Below, piece after piece: positions 10,961 to 22,113 of a DNA stretch of 64,000 bases. Positions within the stretch are counted from its first letter, which is position 1; each line of letters opens with the position of its first letter. Source of the DNA: Escherichia coli (lineage in GTDB: Bacteria > Pseudomonadota > Gammaproteobacteria > Enterobacterales > Enterobacteriaceae); the NCBI RefSeq assembly GCF_003018115.1, contig NZ_CP027457.1. One strand, given 5' to 3'. A model generated the notes under the pieces. The model was given only the letters and a program-made list of their open reading frames with translations, was not told the DNA's origin and did not search any database. The position numbers and the translations under genes are program-made.

Positions 10961-12616
10961 ATGACTAATCTTCCCCACTGGTGGCAAAACGGCGCTATCT
11001 ACCAGATTTATCCAAAGAGTTTTCAGGACACCACGGGTAGCGGTACCGGCGATTTACGTGGCGTTATACAACGCCTGGACTATCTGCATAAACTGGGCGT
11101 TGATGCCATCTGGCTAACCCCCTTTTATGTCTCTCCCCAGGTCGATAACGGTTACGACGTAGCGAACTATACGGCGATTGATCCCACCTACGGCACGCTG
11201 GACGATTTTGACGAACTGGTGACGCAGGCAAAATCGCGCGGGATTCGTATCATTCTCGATATGGTGTTTAACCATACCTCTACCCAACATGCCTGGTTTC
11301 GCGAGGCGCTGAACAAAGAAAGCCCTTACCGCCAGTTTTATATCTGGCGCGATGGCGAACCAGAAACGCCACCGAACAACTGGCGTTCAAAATTTGGCGG
11401 TAGTGCGTGGCGCTGGCATGCGGAAAGCGAACAGTACTATTTGCATCTCTTTGCACCAGAACAGGCGGATCTCAACTGGGAGAATCCAGCGGTACGCGCA
11501 GAGCTGAAAAAAGTCTGTGAGTTCTGGGCCGATCGTGGGGTCGACGGGTTGCGCCTGGATGTGGTGAATCTGATCTCCAAAGACCCGCGTTTCCCTGAAG
11601 ACCTGGACGGCGACGGGCGTCGCTTCTACACCGACGGGCCACGAGCACACGAGTTTTTGCACGAGATGAACCGCGATGTGTTTACGCCACGCGGGTTAAT
11701 GACCGTAGGTGAAATGTCCTCCACCAGCCTTGAGCATTGCCAGCGATACGCGGCACTGACAGGCAGTGAATTGTCGATGACCTTTAATTTTCATCACCTG
11801 AAGGTCGATTATCCCGGTGGTGAAAAATGGACGCTGGCTAAACCTGACTTTGTGGCGTTGAAAACATTGTTCCGCCACTGGCAACAAGGAATGCACAACG
11901 TGGCATGGAATGCCTTGTTCTGGTGTAACCACGATCAGCCGCGCATTGTTTCTCGCTTTGGTGATGAAGGTGAATACCGCGTGCCTGCGGCAAAAATGCT
12001 GGCGATGGTGCTGCATGGCATGCAGGGAACGCCGTATATCTACCAGGGCGAAGAGATTGGCATGACCAACCCGCATTTCACGCGCATTACTGACTATCGC
12101 GACGTAGAGAGCCTCAATATGTTTGCCGAGCTGCGCAACGATGGTCGTGATGCCGACGAGTTATTGGCAATCCTCGCCAGTAAATCCCGTGACAACAGTC
12201 GCACGCCCATGCAATGGAGCAACGGCGATAATGCCGGGTTTACGGCTGGCGAACCGTGGATTAGCCTGGGCGATAACTATCAGGAAATCAACGTAGAAGC
12301 CGCGCTGACCGATGAGTCCTCGGTGTTTTACACCTACCAAAAGTTAATCGCACTGCGTAAGCAAGAAGCCGTTCTGACATGGGGCAATTACCAGGATCTG
12401 CTGCCAAACAGCCCTGTATTGTGGTGCTATCGCCGTGAATGGAAGGGGCAAACCTTGCTGGTCATTGCCAACCTTAGCCGTGAGATCCAACCCTGGCAGC
12501 CAGAGCAAATGCGCGGCAACTGGCAGCTTGTGATGCATAACTACGAAGAAGCCTCACCACAACCCTGTGCCATGACTTTACGGCCTTTTGAGGCTGTCTG
12601 GTGGTTACATAAGTAA
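10961..12616 (+). CDS. treC: trehalose-6-phosphate hydrolase (GH13)
   Basis: ORF track 10814..12616; true start MTNLPHWWQNGAIYQIYPKSF gives 551 aa. Confidence 0.95.
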   Translation: MTNLPHWWQNGAIYQIYPKSFQDTTGSGTGDLRGVIQRLDYLHKLGVDAIWLTPFYVSPQVDNGYDVANYTAIDPTYGTLDDFDELVTQAKSRGIRIILDMVFNHTSTQHAWFREALNKESPYRQFYIWRDGEPETPPNNWRSKFGGSAWRWHAESEQYYLHLFAPEQADLNWENPAVRAELKKVCEFWADRGVDGLRLDVVNLISKDPRFPEDLDGDGRRFYTDGPRAHEFLHEMNRDVFTPRGLMTVGEMSSTSLEHCQRYAALTGSELSMTFNFHHLKVDYPGGEKWTLAKPDFVALKTLFRHWQQGMHNVAWNALFWCNHDQPRIVSRFGDEGEYRVPAAKMLAMVLHGMQGTPYIYQGEEIGMTNPHFTRITDYRDVESLNMFAELRNDGRDADELLAILASKSRDNSRTPMQWSNGDNAGFTAGEPWISLGDNYQEINVEAALTDESSVFYTYQKLIALRKQEAVLTWGNYQDLLPNSPVLWCYRREWKGQTLLVIANLSREIQPWQPEQMRGNWQLVMHNYEEASPQPCAMTLRPFEAVWWLHK

Positions 12617-12627
12617 ATCTTCCCTAA

Positions 12628-12657
12628 GCCCCGGTAATGCCGGTCATTCCGGGGTTT
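12628..12657 (+). terminator. rho-independent terminator after treC
   Basis: Hairpin CCCCGG...CCGGGG followed by TTTT. Confidence 0.6.
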
Positions 12658-12759
12658 TGCCTGTCAGCATGTTGTTTTTGTTGATTTTTCAACCAGCAAA
12701 TTCATTAAAAAATTTACATAACGCTGTAGCGCCCGTCATCCGTACGCTCTGCTTTTTAC

Positions 12760-12773
12760 TTTGAGCTACATCA
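12760..12773. promoter_or_regulatory. candidate FNR site (TTGAGctacATCAA) upstream of nrdD
   Basis: Matches TTGAT-N4-ATCAA with one mismatch; centre 31 bp from the second candidate site. Confidence 0.5.
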
Positions 12774-12790
12774 AAAAAAGTTCAAACATC

Positions 12791-12804
12791 CTTGATGCAA
12801 AGCA
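12791..12804. promoter_or_regulatory. candidate promoter-proximal FNR half-match (TTGATgcaaAGCAC) upstream of nrdD
   Basis: Strong left half-site only; a TAAAAT -10-like hexamer lies at 12818-12823. Confidence 0.4.
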
Positions 12805-12848
12805 CTATATATAGACTTTAAAATGCGTCCCAACCCAATATGTTGTAT
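12801..12848. promoter_or_regulatory. candidate NrdR boxes overlapping the nrdDG promoter
   Basis: Two AT-rich pseudo-palindromes (CACTATATATAG and CCAATATGTTGTAT) about 32 bp apart; assignment by resemblance to the NrdR box consensus. Confidence 0.3.
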
Positions 12849-13009
12849 TAATCGACTATAATTGCTACTACAGCTCCCCACGAAAAAGGTGCGGCGTTGT
12901 GGATAAGCGGATGGCGATTGCGGAAAGCTCCGGAAAACGAAACGAAAAAACCGGAAAACGCCTTTCCCAATTTCTGTGGATAACCTGTTCTTAAAAATAT
13001 GGAGCGATC

Positions 13010-15148
13010 ATGACACCGCATGTGATGAAACGAGACGGCTGCAAAGTGCCGTTTAAATCAGAGCGCATCAAAGAAGCGATTCTGCGTGCAGCTAAAGCAG
13101 CGGAAGTCGATGATGCCGATTATTGCGCCACTGTTGCCGCGGTTGTCAGCGAGCATATGCAGGGCCGCAACCAGGTGGATATCAACGAGATCCAGACCGC
13201 AGTTGAAAACCAGCTGATGTCGGGTCCATACAAACAACTGGCTCGTGCTTACATCGAGTACCGTCACGATCGCGACATTGAACGTGAAAAACGCGGTCGC
13301 CTGAACCAGGAGATCCGTGGCCTGGTCGAGCAGACCAACGCCTCGTTACTCAACGAAAACGCCAACAAAGACAGCAAGGTGATTCCAACCCAGCGCGACC
13401 TGCTGGCCGGGATCGTGGCTAAACACTATGCACGTCAGCACCTGCTGCCGCGTGACGTGGTGCAGGCACATGAGCGTGGCGATATTCACTATCACGATCT
13501 CGATTACTCGCCGTTCTTCCCGATGTTCAACTGCATGTTGATCGACCTGAAAGGCATGCTGACCCAGGGCTTTAAGATGGGGAACGCCGAGATTGAACCG
13601 CCGAAGTCGATCTCTACGGCAACCGCTGTAACTGCGCAGATTATTGCTCAGGTCGCCAGCCATATTTATGGCGGCACCACCATTAACCGTATCGATGAAG
13701 TGCTGGCACCGTTTGTCACCGCCAGCTACAACAAACATCGCAAGACCGCAGAAGAGTGGAACATCCCGGACGCCGAAGGCTACGCTAACTCTCGTACCAT
13801 TAAAGAGTGCTACGATGCCTTCCAGTCGCTGGAGTACGAAGTAAACACCCTGCACACCGCCAACGGTCAGACGCCGTTTGTAACCTTTGGTTTTGGTCTG
13901 GGCACCAGCTGGGAATCGCGCCTGATTCAGGAATCGATCCTGCGTAACCGTATCGCAGGCCTCGGTAAAAACCGTAAAACTGCGGTGTTCCCGAAACTGG
14001 TGTTTGCGATTCGCGATGGCCTGAACCATAAAAAAGGCGATCCGAACTACGACATCAAACAGCTGGCGCTGGAGTGCGCAAGCAAGCGCATGTATCCGGA
14101 TATCCTGAACTACGATCAGGTAGTGAAAGTCACCGGTTCGTTTAAAACCCCGATGGGCTGCCGCAGCTTCCTCGGCGTGTGGGAAAATGAAAACGGCGAG
14201 CAGATCCACGATGGTCGTAACAACCTCGGCGTGATCAGCCTGAACCTGCCGCGTATTGCGCTGGAAGCAAAAGGCGATGAAGCCACCTTCTGGAAGCTGC
14301 TGGATGAACGTCTGGTGCTGGCACGTAAGGCGCTGATGACCCGTATCGCTCGTCTCGAAGGCGTGAAAGCGCGCGTGGCCCCGATCCTCTATATGGAAGG
14401 TGCTTGTGGCGTGCGTCTCAATGCTGACGATGATGTTTCTGAAATCTTCAAAAACGGTCGTGCGTCTATTTCGCTGGGTTACATCGGCATCCACGAAACC
14501 ATTAACGCGCTGTTCGGCGGCGAGCATGTTTACGACAACGAGCAGCTTCGCGCGAAAGGTATCGCCATTGTTGAACGTCTGCGTCAGGCAGTGGATCAGT
14601 GGAAAGAAGAAACGGGTTATGGTTTCAGTCTCTACAGCACGCCGAGTGAAAACCTGTGCGACCGCTTCTGCCGTCTCGATACTGCTGAGTTTGGCGTGGT
14701 GCCGGGCGTGACCGATAAAGGTTACTACACCAACAGTTTCCACCTCGATGTGGAGAAGAAGGTGAACCCGTACGACAAGATCGACTTTGAAGCGCCTTAC
14801 CCGCCGCTGGCGAACGGTGGTTTCATTTGCTACGGCGAGTATCCAAACATTCAGCACAACCTGAAGGCGCTGGAAGATGTCTGGGATTACAGCTATCAGC
14901 ATGTACCGTATTACGGCACCAATACACCGATTGATGAGTGCTACGAGTGTGGCTTTACCGGTGAGTTCGAGTGCACCAGCAAAGGCTTCACCTGCCCGAA
15001 ATGTGGTAACCATGACGCCTCCCGTGTGTCGGTAACTCGCCGCGTGTGCGGATATTTAGGTAGCCCGGATGCACGTCCGTTTAACGCCGGCAAGCAGGAA
15101 GAAGTTAAGCGCCGCGTTAAACATTTGGGAAATGGGCAGATAGGTTGA
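13010..15148 (+). CDS. nrdD: anaerobic ribonucleoside-triphosphate reductase
   Basis: 712-aa ORF with N-terminal ATP-cone and C-terminal Zn-ribbon/glycyl-radical region (CYECGF...CPKCG). Confidence 0.95.
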   Translation: MTPHVMKRDGCKVPFKSERIKEAILRAAKAAEVDDADYCATVAAVVSEHMQGRNQVDINEIQTAVENQLMSGPYKQLARAYIEYRHDRDIEREKRGRLNQEIRGLVEQTNASLLNENANKDSKVIPTQRDLLAGIVAKHYARQHLLPRDVVQAHERGDIHYHDLDYSPFFPMFNCMLIDLKGMLTQGFKMGNAEIEPPKSISTATAVTAQIIAQVASHIYGGTTINRIDEVLAPFVTASYNKHRKTAEEWNIPDAEGYANSRTIKECYDAFQSLEYEVNTLHTANGQTPFVTFGFGLGTSWESRLIQESILRNRIAGLGKNRKTAVFPKLVFAIRDGLNHKKGDPNYDIKQLALECASKRMYPDILNYDQVVKVTGSFKTPMGCRSFLGVWENENGEQIHDGRNNLGVISLNLPRIALEAKGDEATFWKLLDERLVLARKALMTRIARLEGVKARVAPILYMEGACGVRLNADDDVSEIFKNGRASISLGYIGIHETINALFGGEHVYDNEQLRAKGIAIVERLRQAVDQWKEETGYGFSLYSTPSENLCDRFCRLDTAEFGVVPGVTDKGYYTNSFHLDVEKKVNPYDKIDFEAPYPPLANGGFICYGEYPNIQHNLKALEDVWDYSYQHVPYYGTNTPIDECYECGFTGEFECTSKGFTCPKCGNHDASRVSVTRRVCGYLGSPDARPFNAGKQEEVKRRVKHLGNGQIG

Positions 15149-15170
15149 TCTTCACTCTGAGCTAAGCAAA

Positions 15171-15256
<86 letters not shown>

Positions 15257-15305
15257 TTGATTACCGGATGCATCCTATACGCGGACTGATAAGCCAGGCG
15301 AAACA

Positions 15306-15770
15306 ATGAATTATCATCAGTACTATCCTGTCGACATCGTCAACGGCCCCGGCACTCGCTGCACCCTGTTTGTCTCCGGGTGTGTTCATGAATGCCCCGG
15401 TTGCTATAACAAAAGCACATGGCGGGTAAATTCCGGTCAGCCATTTACCAAAGCAATGGAAGACCAGATCATTAACGATCTGAATGACACTCGTATCAAA
15501 CGCCAGGGGATTTCCCTCTCCGGCGGCGATCCGCTGCATCCGCAAAACGTGCCGGATATTCTGAAACTGGTACAACGCATCCGCGCCGAGTGTCCGGGTA
15601 AAGACATCTGGGTGTGGACAGGCTATAAACTCGACGAACTCAACGCTGCGCAAATGCAGGTTGTTGATTTGATTAACGTGCTGGTCGACGGCAAATTTGT
15701 GCAGGATTTAAAAGACCCTTCCCTGATCTGGCGCGGCAGCAGCAATCAGGTGGTGCATCATTTGCGATGA
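15306..15770 (+). CDS. nrdG: anaerobic ribonucleotide reductase activating protein (radical SAM)
   Basis: 154-aa ORF with cysteine cluster CVHECPGCYN; downstream of nrdD. Confidence 0.9.
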   Translation: MNYHQYYPVDIVNGPGTRCTLFVSGCVHECPGCYNKSTWRVNSGQPFTKAMEDQIINDLNDTRIKRQGISLSGGDPLHPQNVPDILKLVQRIRAECPGKDIWVWTGYKLDELNAAQMQVVDLINVLVDGKFVQDLKDPSLIWRGSSNQVVHHLR

Positions 15771-15814
15771 TAAGTTCCCTGTTACCTGAGTGCAGGCAAC
15801 AGGGAAATGAGGAA

Positions 15815-16204
<390 letters not shown>

Positions 16205-16384
16205 TCACTTCCTTTTTTATTTACACTTCATCATTCACACTGCCTCATCGACGACTACGCTCATTCGACCGGGTCACGTACTGCGAGTACGCTCCCCGGC
16301 CCTCATTCACTTTCCGTCTCGATGCAGTGCGAATGATTTTGTGTAATTTTTTAGTTTATAGCGCGACAGGTCGCGCCAGTTTTT

Positions 16385-17737
16385 TTACTGTCCGGCGATT
16401 TTCATCTCCGGCAACAGCACAGAACCACACTGTATATTACTGCGTGTTTCAATATCGTTACCGACGGTGACAATATTGCGCCACATATCTTTTAAATTAC
16501 CTGCGATGGTGATTTCGCTAACCGGATACTGAATTTCGCCGTTTTCTACCCAGAAGCCCGCCGCACCACGGGAATAATCACCGGTAATTGCACTCACGCC
16601 CTGGCCCATCAATTCCGTCACCACCAGCCCGGTGCCCATCTCTTTGAGCATCTGCTCGAAGCTTAGACCTTGTCCGGCAATCCGCCAGTTGTGAATACCG
16701 CCCGCATGTCCGGTGCTTTTCAGCCCCAGTTTTCGCGCCGAATAGCTGGTCAGCAGCCACTGAGTCAGGATGCCATCTTTAATAATATCGCGACGCTCGG
16801 TGCGCACACCTTCGCTGTCGAATGGCGTCGACGCCAGCCCTTTCAGCAGATGCGGATGCTCTTCAATGGTCAGCCAGTCCGGCAGAATTTGTTTACCCAG
16901 CGAATCCAGCAGGAAGGTAGATTTACGGTAAACCGATCCACCCGCTATCGCCCCCACCAGATGGCCAAAAAGCCCGGTTGCCACTTCATTGGCAAAAATG
17001 ACCGGCGCTTTCATGGTGGAGAGTTTACGCGGTGACAGGCGCGATAAAGTACGGCGAGCACAGTCGGCCCCAACCCACTCTGGCGTTTGCAGATCGCTCA
17101 TCGCACGACCAATGGTGTAGGCGTAATCACGCTCCATATCGCCATTTTCTTCGGCAATTACACAGCTGGAGAGCGAATGACGCGTTGAGCAGTAACCCTG
17201 CAACATGCCGTGGCTGTTGCCAAAAACTTTGACACCGTAGTGGCTGTTAAAGCTGCCACCTTCGGTATTGGTGATGCGTTTGTCCGCCTGCAATGCCGCC
17301 TGTTCTGCGCGGGCCGCCAGTTCAATGGCTTCATCCGGGGAAACTTCCGCAGGGTGGAACAAGTCGAGATCTGGTGCGTCAAAGGCCAGCAGCTCTTTGT
17401 CTGCCACGCCGGCACAGGGATCTGGCGAGGTATAACGGGCAATATCCAGCGCCGCCTGTACAGTACGGGCAATGGCCTGCGGGCTTAAATCGGTGGATGA
17501 TGCGCTACCTTTGCGGTTCTGGTGATAAACAGTGATCCCCAGCGCGCCATCGCTATTGAATTCAACATTCTCCACTTCACCATAACGCGTGCTTACGCTA
17601 ATGCCGGTGGTCTTGCTGACGGCAACTTCCGCACCGTCCGATTTGCCTGAGGCCAACTCCAGCGCAGTGGAAACTGCTTCTTCCAGAATCTTGCGCTGCG
17701 CTTCAACTTGAGAGATTACTTTCATTGCAAGTGCCAT
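16385..17737 (-). CDS. pmbA: metalloprotease PmbA (TldE)
   Basis: 450-aa ORF, recognised sequence. Confidence 0.95.
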
Positions 17738-17830
17738 AATGTAGAGAGTTTCTCTGAAGTCTAACAGAGAACCGTTTTTCAGTGCGCATCTTAACTGGTA
17801 ACATTAGCCTCTTTTTTTAAGGAGCCTGAG

Positions 17831-18382
17831 ATGACTAAGCAGCCCGAAGACTGGCTCGACGACGTTCCCGGTGATGACATCGAAGACGAAGACGATGAAA
17901 TTATCTGGGTCAGTAAAAGTGAAATTAAACGTGATGCCGAGGAGCTAAAACGCCTTGGCGCGGAAATTGTTGATCTGGGGAAAAACGCGCTGGATAAGAT
18001 CCCGTTAGATGCGGATCTGCGCGCGGCTATTGAGCTCGCCCAGCGTATTAAGATGGAAGGTCGCCGCCGCCAGTTGCAGCTCATCGGTAAGATGCTGCGC
18101 CAGCGCGATGTAGAACCGATCCGTCAGGCGCTGGATAAGCTGAAAAACCGTCACAACCAGCAGGTGGTGCTGTTCCATAAACTGGAAAACCTGCGCGATC
18201 GTCTGATCGATCAAGGTGATGATGCCATCGCTGAGGTATTAAGTCTGTGGCCCGATGCCGATCGTCAGCAACTGCGTACTCTGATCCGTAACGCGAAGAA
18301 AGAGAAAGAAGGGAATAAGCCGCCGAAATCCGCACGCCAGATTTTCCAGTATCTGCGCGAACTGGCGGAGAATGAAGGGTAA
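17831..18382 (+). CDS. yjgA: ribosome-associated protein YjgA (DarP)
   Basis: 183-aa ORF with acidic N-terminus; divergent from pmbA. Confidence 0.9.
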   Translation: MTKQPEDWLDDVPGDDIEDEDDEIIWVSKSEIKRDAEELKRLGAEIVDLGKNALDKIPLDADLRAAIELAQRIKMEGRRRQLQLIGKMLRQRDVEPIRQALDKLKNRHNQQVVLFHKLENLRDRLIDQGDDAIAEVLSLWPDADRQQLRTLIRNAKKEKEGNKPPKSARQIFQYLRELAENEG

Positions 18383-18408
18383 TTTTCGTTGTTGATGTGA
18401 GTATGGTT

Positions 18409-18512
18409 TGCCGGATGCGGTGCACCTGTAGGCCTGATAAGACGCATCAAGCGTCGCATCAGGCACTATGCTCAAATGCCGGATGCGGCGTGAACGCCTT
18501 ATCCGGCCTACG
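18409..18512. repeat. REP/BIME cluster (three REP units)
   Basis: Repeated GCCGGATGCGG / GTAGGCCTGATAAGACGC units between yjgA and mpl. Confidence 0.7.
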
Positions 18513-18537
18513 CACACTATATCAGGCTGAGGCCGAA

Positions 18538-19911
18538 TTACTGCGCAGCTTCCGCCTTCTTCGCCAGACCATCCAGCAGTTTCTGATGGATCCCACCAAA
18601 ACCGCCGTTGCTCATCACCAGAATATGGTCGCCAGGCTGAGCGGTTTTCACCACCATATCTGCCAGCGTATCCACATCGCCACTCCAGTGTGCAGGCTGA
18701 ACGCAGGCTTCTGCCACTTCTGCCACCTGCCACGGAATATGCGCCGGTTGCAGCAGGAAGACTTCATCGGCACGACCTAATGAAGGTGCCAAATCGTCTT
18801 TGCAGATCCCCATTTTCATGGTATTCGAGCGCGGTTCCAGCACAGCAATAATGCGCGCCGTACCACCAACTTTGCCACGCAGCGCCGCCAGCGTTGCCAG
18901 AATCGCCGTCGGGTGATGGGCAAAATCGTCATATACCGTGACGCCATTCGCTTCACCACGCAACTCCAGACGGCGACGAGCATTAATAAACGAACCCAGC
19001 GCGTTAGCGGCATCTGCCGGCGCTACACCAACATGGCGAGCCGCTGCAATCGCCATCAGGCCATTGTGCATATTATGTTCGCCTACCAGCGACCATTTCA
19101 CTTCGCCCACTTTTTCGCCATCCAGCAAAACTTCCCATTCGGAAGCATCGGTGGTCAGCTTTTTCGCCTGCCAGTGACCCTGCTCACCCACCAGCTCCTG
19201 CTCGCTCCAGCAGCCCATCGCCATGGTCTGTTTCAGGTTGATGTCATTTTCCGGCCAGATAATACGGCCCTGCCCCGGAACGATACGCACCAGATGGTGG
19301 AACTGTTTCTGGATCGCTTTCAGGTCGTCAAAGATATCGGCGTGATCGAACTCAAGGTTGTTGAGGATCAGCGTACGCGGGCAGTAATGGACAAATTTAG
19401 AGCGTTTGTCGAAGAAGGCGCAGTCGTACTCATCCGCTTCGATAACAAAGAAGTCGCTTTCGCCCAGACGCGCCGAAACCTCAAAGTTCCCCGGCACACC
19501 GCCGATCACAAATCCCGGTTTGTAACCGCACTGTTCCAGAATCCAGGTCGCCATTCCCGCGGTGGTAGTTTTGCCGTGTGTACCGGCAACGGCCAGCACC
19601 CAGCGGTCGCGCAGCACAAAATCGTGCAGCCACTGTGGACCTGACATATAAGGGATGTTTTTTTCCAGTACCGCTTCCACACACGGATTTCCACGGGTCA
19701 TGGCGTTGCCAATAATCACCAGATCCGGCTGCGGATCGAGCTGGCTGGCATCGTAACCCTGAATCAGCTCAATGCCTTGCTTCTCAAGTAAGGTGCTCAT
19801 CGGCGGATACACATTGGCGTCCGAACCCGTTACTTCATGGCCTAACTGGCGCGCCAGCATCGCCAGACCGCCCATAAATGTGCCACAAATTCCTAAAATA
19901 TGAATGCGCAT
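18538..19911 (-). CDS. mpl: UDP-N-acetylmuramate:L-alanyl-gamma-D-glutamyl-meso-DAP ligase (peptidoglycan recycling)
   Basis: 457-aa Mur-ligase-like ORF ([11 protein letters not shown]..., GTHGKTTT). Confidence 0.95.
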
Positions 19912-20086
19912 ACGTCACTATCCTTTTTTAATCTGCCGCTCATTTTACGCATATGTCGGGCAAGTGAGAAACGCATTTCAGGATAATCCGCAATTTGCTG
20001 GCGCGATTCACCTGAGCGCAACATTGAGATTATTTGTTAAGATTGTTGCGGTCGCTTTACTCCATAAACATTGCAGGGAAAGTTTT

Positions 20087-21085
20087 ATGAAAACGTTAGG
20101 TGAATTTATTGTCGAAAAGCAGCACGAGTTTTCTCATGCTACCGGTGAGCTCACTGCTTTGCTGTCGGCAATAAAACTGGGCGCCAAGATTATCCATCGC
20201 GATATCAACAAAGCAGGACTGGTTGATATCCTGGGTGCCAGCGGTGCTGAGAACGTGCAGGGCGAGGTTCAGCAGAAACTCGACTTGTTCGCTAATGAAA
20301 AACTGAAAGCCGCACTGAAAGCACGCGATATCGTTGCGGGCATTGCCTCTGAAGAAGAAGATGAGATTGTTGTCTTTGAAGGCTGTGAACATGCAAAATA
20401 CGTGGTGCTGATGGACCCACTGGATGGCTCGTCCAACATCGATGTTAACGTCTCTGTCGGTACCATTTTCTCCATCTACCGCCGAGTTACGCCCGTCGGC
20501 ACGCCGGTAACGGAAGAAGATTTCCTCCAGCCTGGTAACAAACAAGTTGCGGCAGGTTACGTGGTATACGGCTCCTCTACCATGCTGGTTTACACCACCG
20601 GATGCGGTGTTCACGCCTTTACTTACGATCCTTCGCTGGGCGTTTTCTGTCTGTGCCAGGAACGGATGCGCTTCCCGGAGAAAGGCAAAACCTACTCCAT
20701 CAACGAAGGAAACTACATTAAGTTTCCGAACGGGGTGAAGAAGTACATTAAATTCTGCCAGGAAGAAGATAAATCCACCAACCGCCCGTATACCTCACGT
20801 TATATCGGTTCACTGGTCGCGGATTTCCACCGTAACCTGCTGAAAGGCGGTATTTATCTCTACCCAAGCACCGCCAGCCACCCGGACGGTAAACTGCGTT
20901 TACTGTATGAGTGCAACCCGATGGCATTCCTGGCGGAACAAGCGGGCGGTAAAGCGAGCGATGGCAAAGAGCGTATTCTGGATATCATCCCGGAAACTCT
21001 GCACCAGCGCCGTTCGTTCTTTGTCGGCAACGACCATATGGTTGAAGATGTCGAACGCTTTATCCGTGAGTTCCCGGACGCGTAA
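20087..21085 (+). CDS. fbp: fructose-1,6-bisphosphatase class 1
   Basis: ORF track 19904..21085; true start [12 protein letters not shown] gives 332 aa. Confidence 0.95.
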
Positions 21086-21092
21086 TCTCCTG

Positions 21093-21120
21093 CGCCTCTC
21101 CACACGGAGAGGCGTTTTTA
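21093..21120. terminator. terminator between convergent fbp and yjfF
   Basis: Hairpin CGCCTCTCCACACGGAGAGGCG followed by TTTTTA. Confidence 0.6.
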
Positions 21121-22113
21121 TTGCTGCGCAATGTTGACTCTTGTCACTGGCGAACTCTGACGATTCTCCCACAGCACCGTTAATCCACGCTGTAATGCTA
21201 TAAAAATAAACAACAAAATACCGATGGCGATTTTCGTCCACCATGAGCTCAGCGTGCCATCAAAGTTTATGTAAGTCTGAATCAGTCCCTGAATCGCCAC
21301 GCCAAAAAGCGTCCCTAATACCGTTCCAACGCCACCGCTCAAAAGCGTACCGCCAATCACCACTGAGGCGATAGCGTCCAGTTCCACACCTACGCCCGCC
21401 AGCGCATATCCGGCCTGGGTATAAATCGAGAAGACAATCCCCGCCAGCGTTGCCAGTCCGGTGGAGAGCATATAAATGCGAATAGTAGTGCTACGGGTAG
21501 AAATCCCCATCAGGTTTGCCGACGTCGCATTGCCCCCAATGGCGTACACCTGATTACCAAAGCGGGTACGATGCGCGAGGAATATGCCGATAACCACCAC
21601 CGCCAGCATCAGCAGTCCCATCGCACTTAAGCGACCGCCGCCAGGGATTTTCCACGCAAGGCTTGAGAGCGTGTCATAAATGGGATGGTTTATCGGGATC
21701 GACTCTTCCGAAACGAGATAGCTGACGCCGCGCAAAAAGAACATCCCTGCAAGGGTAATGATAAATGCCGGGATCTTCAGGGCGTCGATCAAAAGCCCCA
21801 TAAATGCGCCAAAAGCACAGCCCATTACCAGCACCAGCGGAAATGCCAGCAACGGCGAGAGGCCGAAATCGCCAATCACTTTTGCCAGAAACACGCCGGT
21901 AAAGGCGATCACCGAACCAACGGAGAGATCGATCCCACCGGAGAGGATCACAAAGGTCATGCCAACGGCAATTATCCCAAGAAAGGCGTTATCGGTCAGG
22001 ATATTGCAGATCACTCTTGTGGAAGCAAAACCGGGAAACTGGGTCAGGCAGTAAAGATAACCCAACACAAAGACGCCGATGGTGATCATCAGTGGCAAAT
22101 TACGTTTTATCAC
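21118..22113 (-). CDS. yjfF: galactofuranose ABC transporter permease
   Basis: 331-aa multi-span membrane ORF, last gene of the ytfQRT-yjfF operon. Confidence 0.9.
   Translation of the reverse strand: MIKRNLPLMITIGVFVLGYLYCLTQFPGFASTRVICNILTDNAFLGIIAVGMTFVILSGGIDLSVGSVIAFTGVFLAKVIGDFGLSPLLAFPLVLVMGCAFGAFMGLLIDALKIPAFIITLAGMFFLRGVSYLVSEESIPINHPIYDTLSSLAWKIPGGGRLSAMGLLMLAVVVIGIFLAHRTRFGNQVYAIGGNATSANLMGISTRSTTIRIYMLSTGLATLAGIVFSIYTQAGYALAGVGVELDAIASVVIGGTLLSGGVGTVLGTLFGVAIQGLIQTYINFDGTLSSWWTKIAIGILLFIFIALQRGLTVLWENRQSSPVTRVNIAQQ

Noticed and set aside
12680-12693. Palindrome TTGA-N4-TCAA (GTTGATTTTTCAAC) upstream of nrdD as an FNR site
   Set aside because: Half-site spacing is N4 rather than the N6 required for FNR/CRP-family binding; the 12760 and 12791 sites fit better
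13346-15013. 555-aa ORF on the minus strand
   Set aside because: Lies entirely antisense to nrdD, which has unmistakable ribonucleotide-reductase motifs; its composition is typical of a shadow ORF in a GC-rich coding region
18913-19644. 243-aa plus-strand ORF
   Set aside because: Antisense to mpl; shadow ORF
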